Part shown: piece after piece, positions 45,600 through 58,937 of the stretch
How the letters are laid out: the number at the start of each line of letters is the position of its first letter
How positions within the stretch are numbered: the stretch's first letter is position 1
Assembly (NCBI GenBank): GCA_965240325.2
Contig: OZ251243.1
Location: forward strand, 1,116,001-1,180,000
Source of the DNA: Rebecca billardiae RCC1528
Lineage: Eukaryota > Protista > Haptophyta
Direction: 5' to 3'
DNA: 64,000 nt
Made by a program: the position numbers and the translations under genes
The notes under the pieces: generated by a model
The model's input: only the letters and a program-made list of their open reading frames with translations
The model's database searches: none
What the model was told of the DNA's origin: nothing

Positions 45600-45726
45600 T
45601 TAACGACGTGGTATGCAACGGGCAGGCGTCAAAGTCAGCAAGCTGTAGCAGCGTCAGATCGAGCAGCAGAGACAAACACCAGGATCAGCGCTCCTCGCCG
45701 TCGTCGTCCCCCCCCCCCCCCCCCTC
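45600..45726 (-). mobile_element. Short 3'-end copy of the CRE-like LINE at 21073-21721
   Basis: TTAACGACGTGGTATGCAACGGGCAGGCGTC...GATCAGCGCTCCTCGCCGTCGTC matches 21073-21184 and is flanked by TA repeats. Confidence 0.8.
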
Positions 45727-46201
45727 GTATATATATATATATATATATACGACGACGCTCTAGTAGTCATGCACGCCGGCACGCGCACGCTATAGCTATT
45801 ATATATATATATAGTCGCGCGTCGTAGTTATAGCAGATATACTAGCTACTTAGCTAGCTGCGATGCGCCCGCGCCGCTCGTGGTGAATGTGATGCCTGCG
45901 ATGAGTGATGGTCCTGCAGCTGCTGGGGCAGAGCGACACGGAGCATGACGATGACGGATGGCGCCGCCAGGACTGGGCGCGCGTCTCGTCGTCGTCATCG
46001 TCAGCGGACGACGACTCATCGTCATCAGCATAGCGCATCGTCATCATCGTCGTTATCATCAGCCGCCGCTCGGGCCGCGCATCCGGCGCAGCAGACAGCA
46101 GCCAGCAGGATCCGGAGCCGATCCGCGGCCCCGTGGTCGGCTGCGGGCCTTGGCAGCCGCGAGTTCCACGCTGCGAATGCGAGTCCCTGCTCGGCGCCCA
46201 C

Positions 46202-48815
46202 TCACTCGTGCGCCGCGCCGCGCCGCGCCGCGGGCGGTGCGGCCGCCGGCGCCGCGGCGCTCGCCACCCAGGCCTCGCCCACAGCGCGGATGGCGCGCGC
46301 GAGCGCGAGCCCGCGCGCGGTGTCGGCGTCCGCGGCGCCGCCGGGCGCGTGCCGCTGCTCGAACGCGCCCACGGCCGAGGCCATCACCTCCCAAACCTGC
46401 GCCGGCTGCGCGCCCTGCACCCAGTCGAGATACAGCGAGATCGAGAGCCCCGCCTCCTCGTGCGGCGAGCGGAGCGACCGCGGCGCCTGGCGGGGAGCGC
46501 GCGCGGGCGCAGCAAAACAAATAAATAGAGTGAAAAGACACAAAAAGGTGTCGCACGTGGGTGGGGAAGGGAGGGGGCGGGGCGGCGTGGGCGGCGCGAG
46601 CGGCGGCGAGGGCGGGAGGCGGGGGCGCGTGTGCGCCGTGGCGTGTCCGCCGCCGGCGACGCCAGCGCGGCGGGTGCCGCGGTGTGTGCGCGTGGGCGCG
46701 CGTGGGCCGCGCACCCGCGCAAAGAGCTGGTGCAGCACGTGCGGCGGCGGCACCGCGCGCAGCTCCGGTGCAATGTACACAACGCTGCCGCCGCCCAGCG
46801 GCGCGACAGCGCCCGCCGCGGCCTCGGCGCCGCCGCCGCCGCCGCCGCGTTGGCGCGGGCTCGGTCCGAGGCTGAGGCCGGCTTCGTCAAACTCGGCAAA
46901 GAGCAGCGGCAGCAGCGCCTTGTACGCAGCCAGGGACGGGCCTGCGCGCGCGGCGGGGCGATGGGCAGGGGCCGCGCCTGAGCGCGCGGCGAGAGGGCAC
47001 CTCGCGAGATTGCAATCTCGCGCGGCGCGGCGGCGGTCGGGCGCTGCGCAGATTGCAATCTCGCGCCGCACCCGTCGCGTCGAGCTGCTCGTCGCTGAGG
47101 CGCTGCGCGACCATCTGCAGCTGCGGCAGGTCGGCGACGAGCTGCATCCGCCGCGCCTCCTCCAGCGGGCGCGCGGCGCACACGGCCGCCACCGCGACCT
47201 CCAGCATGGCCGCCGCCGCTCGGACGCGCGCGCGCCGCCACCAGCGCGTGGGCGCGTACGCGCGGAGCGCGCGGCCGAGCGCGAGGTCGACGACGGCGGA
47301 GAGGCGCTGCACCGCGCCCGAGCCCGCGGCGTCGTGCGCCCCGCCGCCCGCCCCCGCCCCGCCGAGCGCCGCGGCGCGCACGAGGGCCGTCAGCTGCGCC
47401 CGCAGCGCGCCCTCCAGGGGGCTGAGCCTTCGCTCGATGAGCGCTCCGAGCTCCGTGGCGCGCTGCAGCAGCGGCGCGGCCGCCTCGGGCGTGACGGGGA
47501 GGGCCGCGCCGCCGCCCGGCGCGGCCGCGCTCCCGCCGTCCCCACCGCCGCCGCCGCCGCCCGCCGCGAGCATCGCCACGCGCTCGCGCGCCGCCTCGAG
47601 CGCGACGCACAGCGCAGCATTGCGGCTGTGCACTCGCAGCGCGGACGCGGACGCGGCGCCGGCGGGCGCCGCGCCCGCGCCGCCCGCACCGCCGCCGCCG
47701 CCGCCGCCAGCCCCGCCCGCCGCGCACAGCACGTCGTGCGCCTCCGGCCCCTTCTCGAACAGCACGTCGCACTTGGCCATGAAGGACTTGAGCGCGCGCG
47801 CGCACGCGCACGCAACGCTAAACTGCAGAGGGCCGTGCGAGGCGGCGGCGCGCAGCTCGGTAGCGATGGCGTCGGCGAGGAGGGTGGCGCCTGCGACGGC
47901 TGCGGCGTTGGACGCCGCGCCGCCCGGGGTGCCGTCGTCGCCGCCCACGCCGCCACTCCCCCCGCCGCCCCCGCCCCCGCCGCCGCCCGCCCCGCCCCCG
48001 CCCCCTCCGCCGCCGCCGCCTGCCGCGGCTCCCGCCAGCGTAAGCGAAGCGGTCGCGGCGCGCCCCGCCGCGTCCTGCAGTCGCGAGCTCGCCTGCCGCA
48101 TGTAGAGCGTCTCGTACGGGCGGAGCGCGCCGCCCAAAAAGTCGGGCGGCGGCGGCGCGCGGCCGGCGGCGCGCGGGCCGCCCTCCGCGCCAACGCCGAC
48201 GCCAGCGCCGACGCGCGCCAGCAGACCGCCTCCGAGTGGCGGCAGCGGCGCCGTCCCCGGCGCGCCGCCCGCGCCGCCCGGCGCGCCGCCGTGCGAGGAG
48301 CCGACGGCGCGGAGTGCGCCCGCGGCGGCACCGTGCGCCAGCCCGTCTGCGGGCAGGTGCGAGTCCACCGAGAACGGGCCGAGCTCGCCGCCGCCGCCGC
48401 CGCTCGGCGCGCCGGCCGCGGCGGTCGGCGCGGCCGGTGCGGCGAACAGGATCGGCGGCGCGGCGCCGCGCGGCGCGAGCGGCGCGGCGCCGAGGCCGAT
48501 CGCGCCGTCCAGTGCTCCACCGCCGGCGTCGGCGGCGTCGGCGCCGCCCATGCCGCCGGGCGCGTGGTCCGACAGCCGCGCGCACGCCGCCACCAGCCTG
48601 CCCACCAGCCGCGGGTAGGCACTCGCGAGCGCGCTCGCGGCGGCGGGCGCGCGCTTGGTGAGGGCGGTGAGGCCCGCGCTGAGCGAGGCAACTAGGTGGC
48701 CCCACGCGTGCGGCGGCGCGGTGGCGGGGTCGAACTCGCCCACGCCGTCGCGCGCGTCGGCCACGCCGCCGCCGCCGGAGCCCGCGCCGCCCGCCCGCCG
48801 GTCGCGCGGCTGCGT

Positions 48816-48908
<93 letters not shown>

Positions 48909-49053
48909 GGAGGCCAGCAGAGACTCGAGTGGCGCGCGCGTGCGCACGTCGTGCATCTTGCGCAGCACGCGGCGGAGGTGCAGCAGCTGCAGCGCCGAGC
49001 GGTACACCGCGTCCACCCACGCGTCGACCGACGCCCACAACTCGGCGCGCGCC

Positions 49054-49121
<68 letters not shown>

Positions 49122-49275
49122 GCCGCCGCCGCCGCCGCCGCCGCCCCCGCTCGGCGGTGCGGGGGAGCGCGTGCGCTCGGCGGCGTCGAGCGCGCCGTTG
49201 CTCACGCAGGAGGCCGAGCCCGAGCGCGGCAGCGCCGCCTCGCCCGGCGCGGGCGAGCCACGCGAGCCGCCCTCC

Positions 49276-49314
<39 letters not shown>

Positions 49315-50093
49315 AGGGCAATCGCCCCGGCGGCGGCCTCGACTCGGGCGCACGCGTCGCGCACGGCGCGCGACACGGCGGGCGCGAGCTCGCCGAGGTT
49401 GACGAGGGTCTGGAGCGCGGTGCCGATGTCCGCGTGGTTGCCCGCCTCCATCCCGCGGCCCAGCAGCGCCTCCGCGTGCTCGAGCACGCTCACCTCCGCG
49501 CGGCTGAGCGCGGGAAGCGCCGCGTCGGCCGCGTCGATGCCGCGCAGGTCGGCGGCCGCGACGATCGCGCGCGCCTCGCGCGCGTACTCGGCGGCCATGG
49601 CGAGGTCGGAGGGCTCGGGCTCGAGGAGCTCGCGCAGCCGGCGCGTCAGGTACAGCAGCCGGTGCAGCGCGCGCAGCACCGCGCACGCGTCGTACACGGC
49701 TCGGAGCTGCGCCGCCTGCGCGCGCGCGCTCGCGTGCGGCGCGCTCAGCGCGCCGCGCACGCGCTCGACGCCGGCGGTGAGCTCGTCCGCGGCGTCGCGC
49801 GCGCGCGCGAGGCGCGCCTCGAGCCCGAGCACCCGCTCGATGTGCTCGATCACCTCGTCGTGCCGCTCGGCCACGAGCGCGGCCGACTCCTTCTCGACCC
49901 GGCCGATGCCCGCCTGCAGCCGCCCGAGGTAGGAGGCGTCGGCGTCGGCCTCGATGAGGCCGGAGGAGAGGGCGGCGGCGTCGAAGGGCTCGGCGAAGAA
50001 GGGCGCGAGGCCCTCGTCCTCGCGCAGCGAGCGCCGACGCCCGCCCGGCGGCGACGTCGGCGCCGCCGCCGCCGACGACGAGTCGCTCGCCAT
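46202..50093 (-). CDS. COG5: Conserved oligomeric Golgi complex subunit 5; exons 50093-47072, 46941-46715, 46486-46202 (3' end less certain)
   Basis: FFAEPFDA...LGRLQAGI...HDEVI, IGTALQTLVNLGEL, RMQLVADLPQLQ, YKALLPLLF and LHQLFAR|APRSLRSPHE. Introns are GT-AG. Confidence 0.85.
48816..48908. repeat. (GCCCGC)n coding repeat, poly-(Ala-Gly) in COG5
   Basis: About 15 perfect hexamer units. Confidence 0.9.
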
Positions 50094-50216
50094 CCTTGAC
50101 TGCGGCGGCGGACCGGGTAGGGTCCGGGAGGGCCGGTGGCCAGGGTCCGGGCGCAGCCCGCCGCGGTCCAGCGCTGCTGCGCTTGCCCCGGCGTTCCTTG
50201 AAAATCGTCCGCCATC

Positions 50217-53200
50217 ATGGCTGACGGCGCGGCCTCGTCGGCGCAGTGGGCGAGGCTGGGCGCTGTGCTGCGCTCGGCGGAGCACGACCTGCGCACGATC
50301 GCCACGGACGCGCGCGCGCAGCGCGACGCCGCCGTCAAGGACGCCGCCGAGCGCGCGCTGCGCGCGCTGCGCGGCGCGGCGGACGCGCCCACCGTCGAGC
50401 GCGCGCGCGCCGCGTGCGGCGCCGAGGCCGTGATGGCGCCGCTGCTCGTCGCGGCGGGCTCGAGGTCGGCGGGCATCGCGGCGCGCGCGCTCGCGTGCCT
50501 GCAGCACCTCTGCTCCGTCGCCGCCTTCGACGCCGCCGCCCTCGACGCCGCCGTCGCCTTCCTGGGCGGGCGCGCGGCCGATTCGGAGCTGGACGAGACG
50601 GCGCAGCTGCGGCTGCTGCAGGCGGCGCTGGGGCTCGGCGCGTGCGAGGGCGCGGCGCTGGACGCGCGGCTCGCCGCGCGGCTCCTCCGCGCCACCGCGC
50701 GCCTCCGCGCCTCCACGCGCTCCGCCGTCGTGCGCGCCACCGCGGGTGCGTCCACGCTGCAGCTGTGCGCGGCGTTTGCTGAGCGCGGCGCGGCGCGGCT
50801 GCTGCGCGCCGCCGAGGCAGGCGGCGGCGCGTCGGCGCCGAGGCGGGCGGCGGCGCGGGCGGCGGAGGACGATGCGGCGGCGGCGGCGGCGCTCGGGCTG
50901 CTCCGCGCGTGCTGCGCCGACGCGCCGGGCGGCGGCGGCGTGGGCCTCGCGGCCGCGGCCGCGGCCGCGGGCGACGGCGGCGGCGGCGCCGAGGGCGGCG
51001 CCGTGCCCGCGGGCGGCGAGGCGTCGCTCCGCGATCTCGAGGGGGAGATCGTCCGGCTGCCCGTCGCGTGGCGGCTCGAGATCCTCGGCGGCGCGCTCCG
51101 CCGGCACACGGCGCCGCTGCGGACCACGCCCGCCGCGCGGCCGCTGCTGCGCGCCGCGGCCGGCCTCGCGGAGCTGCACCTCCTCAACCCTAACCCCAAC
51201 CTCGTAGGCGCGCCGGGCGGCGGCGCGGAAGGCCCGCACCCCGCGGTGCTGCGGCTGCGCGCGGCGCAGCTCGCGGGCGCGCTCGTGTGCCTGTACCCGC
51301 TGGCCATCCCGGCCGAGTGCGAGCAGCTGTGCCGGCTGTGTGCCCGCGTGTGCGCTGGCAGCGGCGGCGGCGGCAGCGGCGGCGCGCCGAGCGCTGAGCG
51401 CGAGGAGGCCGCGGCCCTAACCCCTAACCTAGGCGGGTGTGCGCCGCCTCCGTGCGCGCCGGGCGTGCGCTCCCTGTGCGCGGAGGTGCTGCAGCTGGTG
51501 GCGCAGCAGCCGTCGTTGCTCTTGTACTACCACGCCGCCCCTAGCCCTGACCCTCCTAGCCCGAGCCCTAGCCCTAACCCGAACGACCACCGCACATCGG
51601 GCGCTGAGCGGGGCGCTGGCCGAGAGGGCGGGTTAGGGTTAGGGTTAGGGTTAGGCCGAGAGGGCGGCGCGGCCGCGGACGGCGCGCGAGCGCATGGGAC
51701 GCCCGCGGGCCTGGCGGATGGCGGCGGTGCGGATGGCTCCGCCGAGCCCGCCGCGGGCGCGGCGGCTGCGCTGCTGACGCCGCCGCCCGCGCGCGGCGGC
51801 GGCGGCGGCTGCGCGCCGCCCACGCCGCCGACGCAGCCCGCCTCGTCGGCGGCGGTGCGCGGCGCGCGGCCGGCGCGTGCGCACACGCAGCCGCCGCCGC
51901 CTTCGCTCGGCGTGGCCGCGCTCGGCGCGCTCGGCGCCGCGGTGTGCAGCGGCCTCGGCGCGGCGCGCGCCGCGCACCGCACCGCGGACGCAATGTCGGA
52001 GGCGGTGGGCGCAGTGGAGCGCGTGTACGCACACCACACTGCGCTCACGCAGAACTCGCAGCGCGCGCTGCACGCGGCGCAAGCGGCGCAGCAGCGCGCG
52101 CAGCGCGCGGCACAGAGCGCCTTGCTGCACGGCGGCGCGCCCGCCGCCGCCGCCGCCGACGCCGCGGAGGAGGAAGGCCGGTACGGTACGCCGCCGCGCG
52201 CCGCCGCCGCCGCCGCCACCGGTGACGACGACGACGACGACGACGACGGCGACGATGGCGGCGGCGCGGCGCGCGCGCGCTCGCGGCGCGCGGGCATGCG
52301 CGTGCGCGTCACGAGCGACGCCTCCGCAGTCCGGGGCTCCGCACTCCGGGGCAGCGGCGCGTCCGAGCCTTCGAGTGGCGACGAGGGCGGGTGCGGCGGG
52401 TGCGGCGGTGCGGCAGGCAGCAGCAGCCACAGCAGCGCGTGGGCGCGCGGGCCGCCCGCCGCGCCGCTCGACCGCACGACGCGCGAGCGCGCGCTTGCGT
52501 GGGTGCTGCAGCTGCAGCTGCGCGCGCCGCACCCGCCGCACCCGCCGCAGAGCGCCGAGGCGGCCGAGGGCGCGGCGGCCGAGGGCGCGGGCCCTCCGAG
52601 TCCGGAGCAGAGTCCGGAGGGTCCGGGCGAGCTCGAGGGCGCGCTCTTCGGCCTAAGCGACACGGACGCGCTGCTGCTGCACCGCTCGGCGCTCGCGGCG
52701 GGCGAGGGCGCGCAGGGCGGCGGCGGCGGCGGTGGGCTGGGTGGTGTGGGCGGCGGCGGCGCGAGCTGCGGAGGCGGAGGCGCGTGCGGCAGCACCACGC
52801 CCGTCTCGCGACGCTCGCTCAGCGCGCAGGGGCTCGCCATCCTCGGCGGAAGCGGCGGCGGTGGTGTGGGCGGTGGCAGCTTGGGTGGCGCGGCCGGCGG
52901 CGGCGCCGCCGCCGATGGCGGGTGCGTTGGCACCAGCGCCGCCCCGTCCAGCGGTGGTGCGGTGGACGCGGAGCTGCTCGGGCGCGCGGCAGAGGGGGTG
53001 CTGCTAGGCTGCACGGCGGTGGCGGCCGCGCGGCATGAGCTGAGCCGCGCGCTGCGCGGCGGCGCGCGGCGGCGGCACGCGCCCGCCGCGGCGCGCGCGC
53101 TGCGCAGCCTCGTCGCCTCGTCGTGGGAGATTGCAATCTCCGCGCTGGGCGCGCTGCTCGAGTGCGCGCGCTGCGAGGAGCTCATCCACTCGTGCCTGCG

Positions 53201-53464
53201 CACCGCCGTGGCGTACGCCGAGGCGTGCTCGTGGCTCGGGCTGGGCGAGGCGAGGCATGCGGTGGTGTGCGCGCTGTGCGCACACGCGCTGCCCTCGCCG
53301 CCAGCCGGGGCGCTCGGCGCCGCGCTCGCGCCGCACGCGGCGGCGGCGGCGGAAGGGTGCGTGGGCGCGGGCGGGCACCACCACGCCTCGCCACTCGCTG
53401 GGTTGACGCAGCCGGTGCGCGCGGCGGCGAGCGCGGCGGCGGCGGCGGTGAGCGCGGCAGGCGT

Positions 53465-53496
<32 letters not shown>

Positions 53497-55350
53497 GCAG
53501 CGTCCCTGCAAGCCCTTCTGGCGGCTCGCCCCGATTCGCACGGCGGCTGCACAGCCCGGCGTGCGGCGGCGGCGCGTGCGGCGGCGGCGGCGGGGCACAG
53601 GGTGGCGGCGGCGGCGCGGGCGGCGGCGGCGAGGGCGCGGACGGCTGCGGTGGCGGCGGCTCCGACGGCGGCGCTGTCGGCAGCGCGGCGGCCGCGGCGG
53701 CGGCGGCGCCGCCGCAGCCGCCGCCGCCGCCCGTCGGCTCGCTCTCGCCGAAGCACGTGCTCGTCCTCAAGTCGCTGTTCAACCTGGCGCACTGCCTCGG
53801 CGCCGAGCTCTCCGCTCCCTCGTGGGCGGCGCTGCTGGGCACGCTCGAGGCGCTGGACGGGTGGCTGGCCACGTCCGCGGTGGCGGGGCCGCGCGAGGCG
53901 CCGTCCGCCGCGCACGCGGCGAGCGCGAGCGCGCACGCCTCGTCGATGCGGCACGAGATGGCGCTGCTCGCCGCGGCGACGGAGAACCTCTTCGCGTCCG
54001 CGGGCGCGCTGCGCGTCGACGCGCTGCTCACCCTCCTCCGCTGCCTCGCAGAGCGCGCGCTCGGCTCGCTCGCTCACGAGGCGACCGCGCGGCCGCGCGC
54101 GCTGCCTCGCGGCGCGGCGGCGGCGCCGCCGCCGCGCCTCTTCGCGCTGCGCATGCTCGTTTTGGCCTCGGAGGCGTCCGTGGCCTCGTGGCGGCTGAGC
54201 TGGCCGCTCGTGATCCAGCAGCTCGTCTGCGTCGCCAACCACCCCTCTCCGTACGTGCGCGCGCTCGGCGTCGACTCGATGTGTCGGTTGGTCGTCGTCG
54301 TGCTGAGGCACATGGCGGCGGACGCGGCGGCGGACGCTGCGATCGCGAGCGCGGAGGCGGCGGCGGACGCGGAGGACGGCGCGGACGGCGGCGCGGCCGA
54401 CGGCGCCGACGACGACGCGGTGGCGCCGGGCGGCGGCGGCGGCGGCGCGCGCGACGCACCGACCACGCCCGCCGCACGGCCGCGCCTCACGCCGCCGCCC
54501 TCGCCCGCGTCCGCGGGCGCATGGCAGCTGCAGCTCCTGGCGCCTCTCACAGAGCTGCACGCATCGTGCGAGCACCGGGACACGCGCGAGCGGCTGGTGC
54601 AGGCGTCGCTGCGCGTGCTCCACGCCAGCGGCGGCGTGCTCGACGCGGGCTGGGACGCCATCCTCGCGCTGCTCGGACGCGTGCCAATGCCCGCCGCCGC
54701 CGCCGCCGCCGCCGGCGGCGGCGGCGCGGCGGGACCGCCGGCCGAGGCGGGCGCGGACGGCGGCGGCGGCGGCGGCGGCGGCGAGGAGGAGGCGGAGGCG
54801 GAGGGGCTGTCGGCGCGCGCGCCAGAGGCCGGGGTGCCGCCGCCGCCCGCCGCCGCCGACACCGCCTCCGTCGGCTCCGCCGCCTCCGACGCCTCGTCAC
54901 ACGCCGCCGCCGCCGCGCACGCCGCCGCCGCCGCCGCCTGCTTCTCCCGCAGAAGCAGCAGCACCGGCTGCGGCGACGGCTGCGAGGGCGGCGGTGGCGG
55001 CGGCGGCGGCGCGCAGCCGGGCGGCGGCGGCGGCGGCGGCGGCGGCGTGGACGACGGCGCGCTCGTGCCGCTGGCCTTCAAGGGGCTGCAGCTCATCGTC
55101 TCCGACTTCCTGCACGCACTGCCCCAGCGCTCGCTGCTCAGGTGCGTGCACGTCTCCGGCCGCTATGCTGCGCAGACGGCGTCGCTCAACGTGGCGCTCT
55201 CGGCGGTGGGGCTGCAGTGGACGATCGCTGACTACCTCGCGGCGAGGCTCGGCGCGGACGCCGGGATTGGCGCCGGCGGTGCCGCCGCCGACGCCGACGC
55301 GCCCGCCGCCGACGCGGCGGCGCGCGCGCACGCGCCGCCGGCCTCGCCGC

Positions 55351-55384
<34 letters not shown>

Positions 55385-58300
55385 GCCGCCGCCGTCCGGC
55401 GGCGCGGCCTCCGCCGCGGCGGCGGCGGCTGCGGACGGGCTCGGCGGGTTCGGCGAGGCGCGTCTCTCCTTCGAGCGCGCGGGCGGGCGCTCCGCGCCGC
55501 CCTCCGCCGACGAGCTCTGGCTCGCCATCGTGCTCGAGCTCGTGCCGCGCTGCGAGGAGGCCGCGCGGCCAGAGCTGCGCACGTGCGCGCTGCTCACCCT
55601 CGAGGCGGTGGTCGTGGCGCACGGCGGCCGGATGAGCGCGGCCGCGTGGGAGAGCGTGCTGGGCCGGGTGGTGGCGCGGCTGTGCGCGTCGATCTCGCAC
55701 GCCGCCGCGCTCGCCTCGCCCGTCGCGCTGCCGCCCACGCAGCTCGGCACGCACGGCGGCGTGCCCGTGCCCCTGCTGGTGCACCATAGCGCGGACACGC
55801 GGCGGAAGCAATGGGCGCACACGCGCGCGCTCGCACTGTGCACGCTCGCGCGCGCGGTGCGCGCGCACGTGCCCGAGCTCGCGGGGCTCCCCGCGTTCCT
55901 GCGCGCGTGGCGCGCGCTGCTCGGCTTCGTGCACGCCTCCGCGCTCGCCGCCGCCGACGACGGCGCTGAGCTCGGCGAGGCGTCCGTGCGCGCGCTGCGG
56001 CTTCTGATGTCTGCGCCGCCGCCGCCGCGCGCGTCCGCGACCGCGGCGCAGCAGCCGCCGGCGCAGCAGCACGGGGGCTGCGACGGCGCGCCCGCGGCGG
56101 CGGCGGAGTCGACCGTCGCGTCGCGCGCGCACACGGCCGCCCCCGGCACAACAGCGAGCGGCGGCGCCGCCGCCGGGGGCGGGGCCCTGCTTGTGCCGCG
56201 CGCGCTGCGCTCGCACGTGTGGGCGTGCTGCGAGGGAGTGGCGGCGGGCGCGCGCGCGGACGCGGCCGGCCGCGGGTACGGGCGGCACGCCAAGACGCTG
56301 ACGGCGCTCGTCGAGATGCTCGCGGACGTGCTCGGCGGCGGCGGCGGCGGCGGCGGCGGCTCGGCCGCGCCGCGGCCCGCCGCGCACGCGCCTCTTCTCT
56401 GCGCCGCCGAGCGCACGCGGCTTGTGCGTCTGTGCGATCTGCTGCTGGCGCCGCCGCTCGGCGGCGGCGGCGGCGGCGGGGGCGAGTGCTGCGGCGCGCG
56501 CGGCGGCGCGGTGGTGCCCTGGTCTGTGCTGCTCGCGATGGCGGCCGAGCCGGCCCTCGGCGCGGAGGCGGCGGCGGCGGCAAGCGCCACACTCGGCGCG
56601 TCGGCCGCGCCGGCCGCGCCGACGGCCGCCATCGACTCGGTGGCTTGTGGGCGCGGCGCCGCGGCGGCGCTCGGCGGCGGCGCCGCGGCCGCGCCCGCGC
56701 CGCTCCGCGCGAGGCGGCAGCTCGCGCCCACCGCGCTGCAGCTCGCCACGCTCTCGCTCCTGCGCGCGCTCGCGCCCGAGCCCGCCGGCAGCGCCGCGCG
56801 CGGCCGCGCTCTCTCGGACGCGCGCGTCACGGCGGCGCTGCTCCGCGGCGGCGCGGCCGCGCGCGAGGCGGAGGCAGGTGGCGGCGGCGGCGGCGGTGCA
56901 GGTGGCGGCGGCGGCGGCGGCGTGCTCGCCTCCGACGGCGAGGAGGACGACGCCGACGCCGGCGCGGAGGACGACGAGGACGAGGACGAGCGTGCGGCGC
57001 CCGACCCGTCTCCGCCCCCGCCAGGCTCGCGCGCGGCGGCGCGCGTCGCCGCGGCCGAGCGCGCGCACCGTCAAGTGTGGCGCACGCTGGTGGCTGTGTT
57101 GACGGGCGCGCTCGCGCCGCCGCCGCCGCTGAGCGAGCTCGCGCAGACGCCCGCGGGCGCGACGCCGGCGGTTGCGGCGCACGAGCCACGCGCGCACACG
57201 CCGCCGCGTGCTGCGCCCGACGGCGCGGCCGCCGCGGGCGCGCAAGTCAGCAGCCACCACCGCCACCGCGACGTGCACGGCGGCGGCGGCGGCGGCGGCG
57301 CGAGCGCGCAGGCCGCGGAGGGCGCGCGCGCGCGCGGCGTCGTGGCCCGCGCGCTGGGCGCGCACGCCCTCGGCTGCGCGCAGATCGATGCCGCCGGCGG
57401 CGCGGCCGTGCCCGCGCCCTCGTGGTGCTGCGCGGACGACGGCGGCGGCGTCGAGTGCCGCGCGCTGAGGCTCGTGGTGCGATGTCTGCTGGCGCGCGGC
57501 GCCGCCGACGCCGCCGACGGCGCCGACGGCGCCGACGGCGGCGGTGGCTCGGTGGGCGAGGGCGAGGAGGGCGCCGACACGGGCGCCGAGCCGCCGCTGG
57601 GCGGCGCGCACGCGGCCGTCCTGCTCGAGTGCGCGCCCGGCGTGGTGGCGGAGTGTGCCCGCGTTCTCAGACTGTGCGCAGCGCTTGGCAGGCACGCGAG
57701 CGTGTCCGCGCGCGCCGCGGGCGCCGCCGCGGGCGCGCGCGGCGCGCGCGGCGCGGGCGGCGGCGACAACGACGACGGCGGCGCTGCGGGCGCGGTCTCT
57801 GACGCGGCCGCGCGCTCGCTCGTCGCGCTGCCCACGGCGTGCGTCGCGGCCATCGCGCAGCTCGGCAGCGCCCTCCTCCGCGCCGCGCGCGCGAGCGCCG
57901 CGGCGCGCGCGAGCGGCGCGCAGCGCCCGCCCGCCGGCCGCGGCGGCGCCGGCGCCGGCGCCGGCGGCACGCAGCACCTTGACGGGGAGTGCGCGGCGGC
58001 GATGCGCGCGCTCGGCGCGGCGACGCGCGCCGCGCTCGAGCCCTCCCTCGCGCCCGCGCTCGGCGCGCTCGGCGGCTGCGCGCACGCGGACAGCGCGCGC
58101 GCGCTCGCGCTCAGCACGCCGCTCGAGCGCGCGCAGGCGGCGCTGGTGTCCGCACTCGCCGCCGAGCTGCTGCCGCCGAGATTGCAATTTGGGCCGAGCG
58201 CGGGTGCGGCCGCGCCGAGCGCGCCGGAGAGCGCACTCTCGGAGGCCGCGCCAAGCGCGCTGCTCGCGAGCGCCGACGCGGCCGCCGCCGCCGCCGCCGC

Positions 58301-58937
58301 GCCCGCGCTCGACGCGCTCGTCAGCTCGCTCTGGCTAGTGGTGAGCGCGCGCGTGCGCGCCGCGCCCGGCGGCGCGCACGCCGCGGCTGGCGCGCCGACG
58401 GCGGAGGGCGGCGGCGCGCAGGGCGGCGCGGCGCACGGCGCGCTGTGGCTCGCGGCGGCGAGCGCGCTGCTGCACGCCGCCGCGCCGACGGCGCATGCGC
58501 CGCCGCCGGCCGCGGCCGCGGCGGCGGGGCGGGTGGGCTCGCGGCGTGGCAGCGCCGCCGACGCGCACGAGCCGCCGCTGCCGGCGGCGGCACACGCGCG
58601 CCCGACGCACGCGACCTCGCTGCTGCTCCACGCCATCGCAGCGGTGCTGCGGCAGTGCGTGGCGACCGCGCCCGCCGCCGCGCACGCCGCCGCGCGCCCG
58701 CCCGAGTGGCCAATCAGAGAGCAGCGCGCGGCGTGGCTGCTGGAGGCGGCCGTCGGCGGGCAGCAGGGCGCGCCGCCGCTGCCGCCGCGCCACCTCCTCC
58801 TGCTCGCGCCCGTGATGGTGGAGTGCCTGGCGGACGGCGTCGCGCCGCCGCCCGCGAGCGCGCGGCTGCGCGCCGCGCTGCGCGCCGCGCTGCACGCCGC
58901 GCTGCACGCCGCGCTCGACGGCGTCGCGCCCGTGTAG
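50217..58937 (+). CDS. MON2: MON2 (Ysl2) Arf-GEF-like Golgi/endosome scaffold with extensive Gly/Ala insertions
   Basis: DCB-like N-terminus (ALACLQHL, QLRLLQA, VVRATA), LFNLAHCLG...SW, AFKGLQLIVSDFL, LNVALSAVGLQWTIADY, RPELR and LLVHHSADTRRKQW. Unrecognised in-frame introns are possible. Confidence 0.9.
51538..51655. repeat. Interstitial telomere-like repeats in the MON2 ORF: degenerate (CCCTAR)n then perfect (TTAGGG)n
   Basis: CCCTAGCCCTGACCC...CCCTAGCCCTAACCC followed by GGGTTAGGGTTAGGGTTAGGGTTAGG. Confidence 0.85.
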
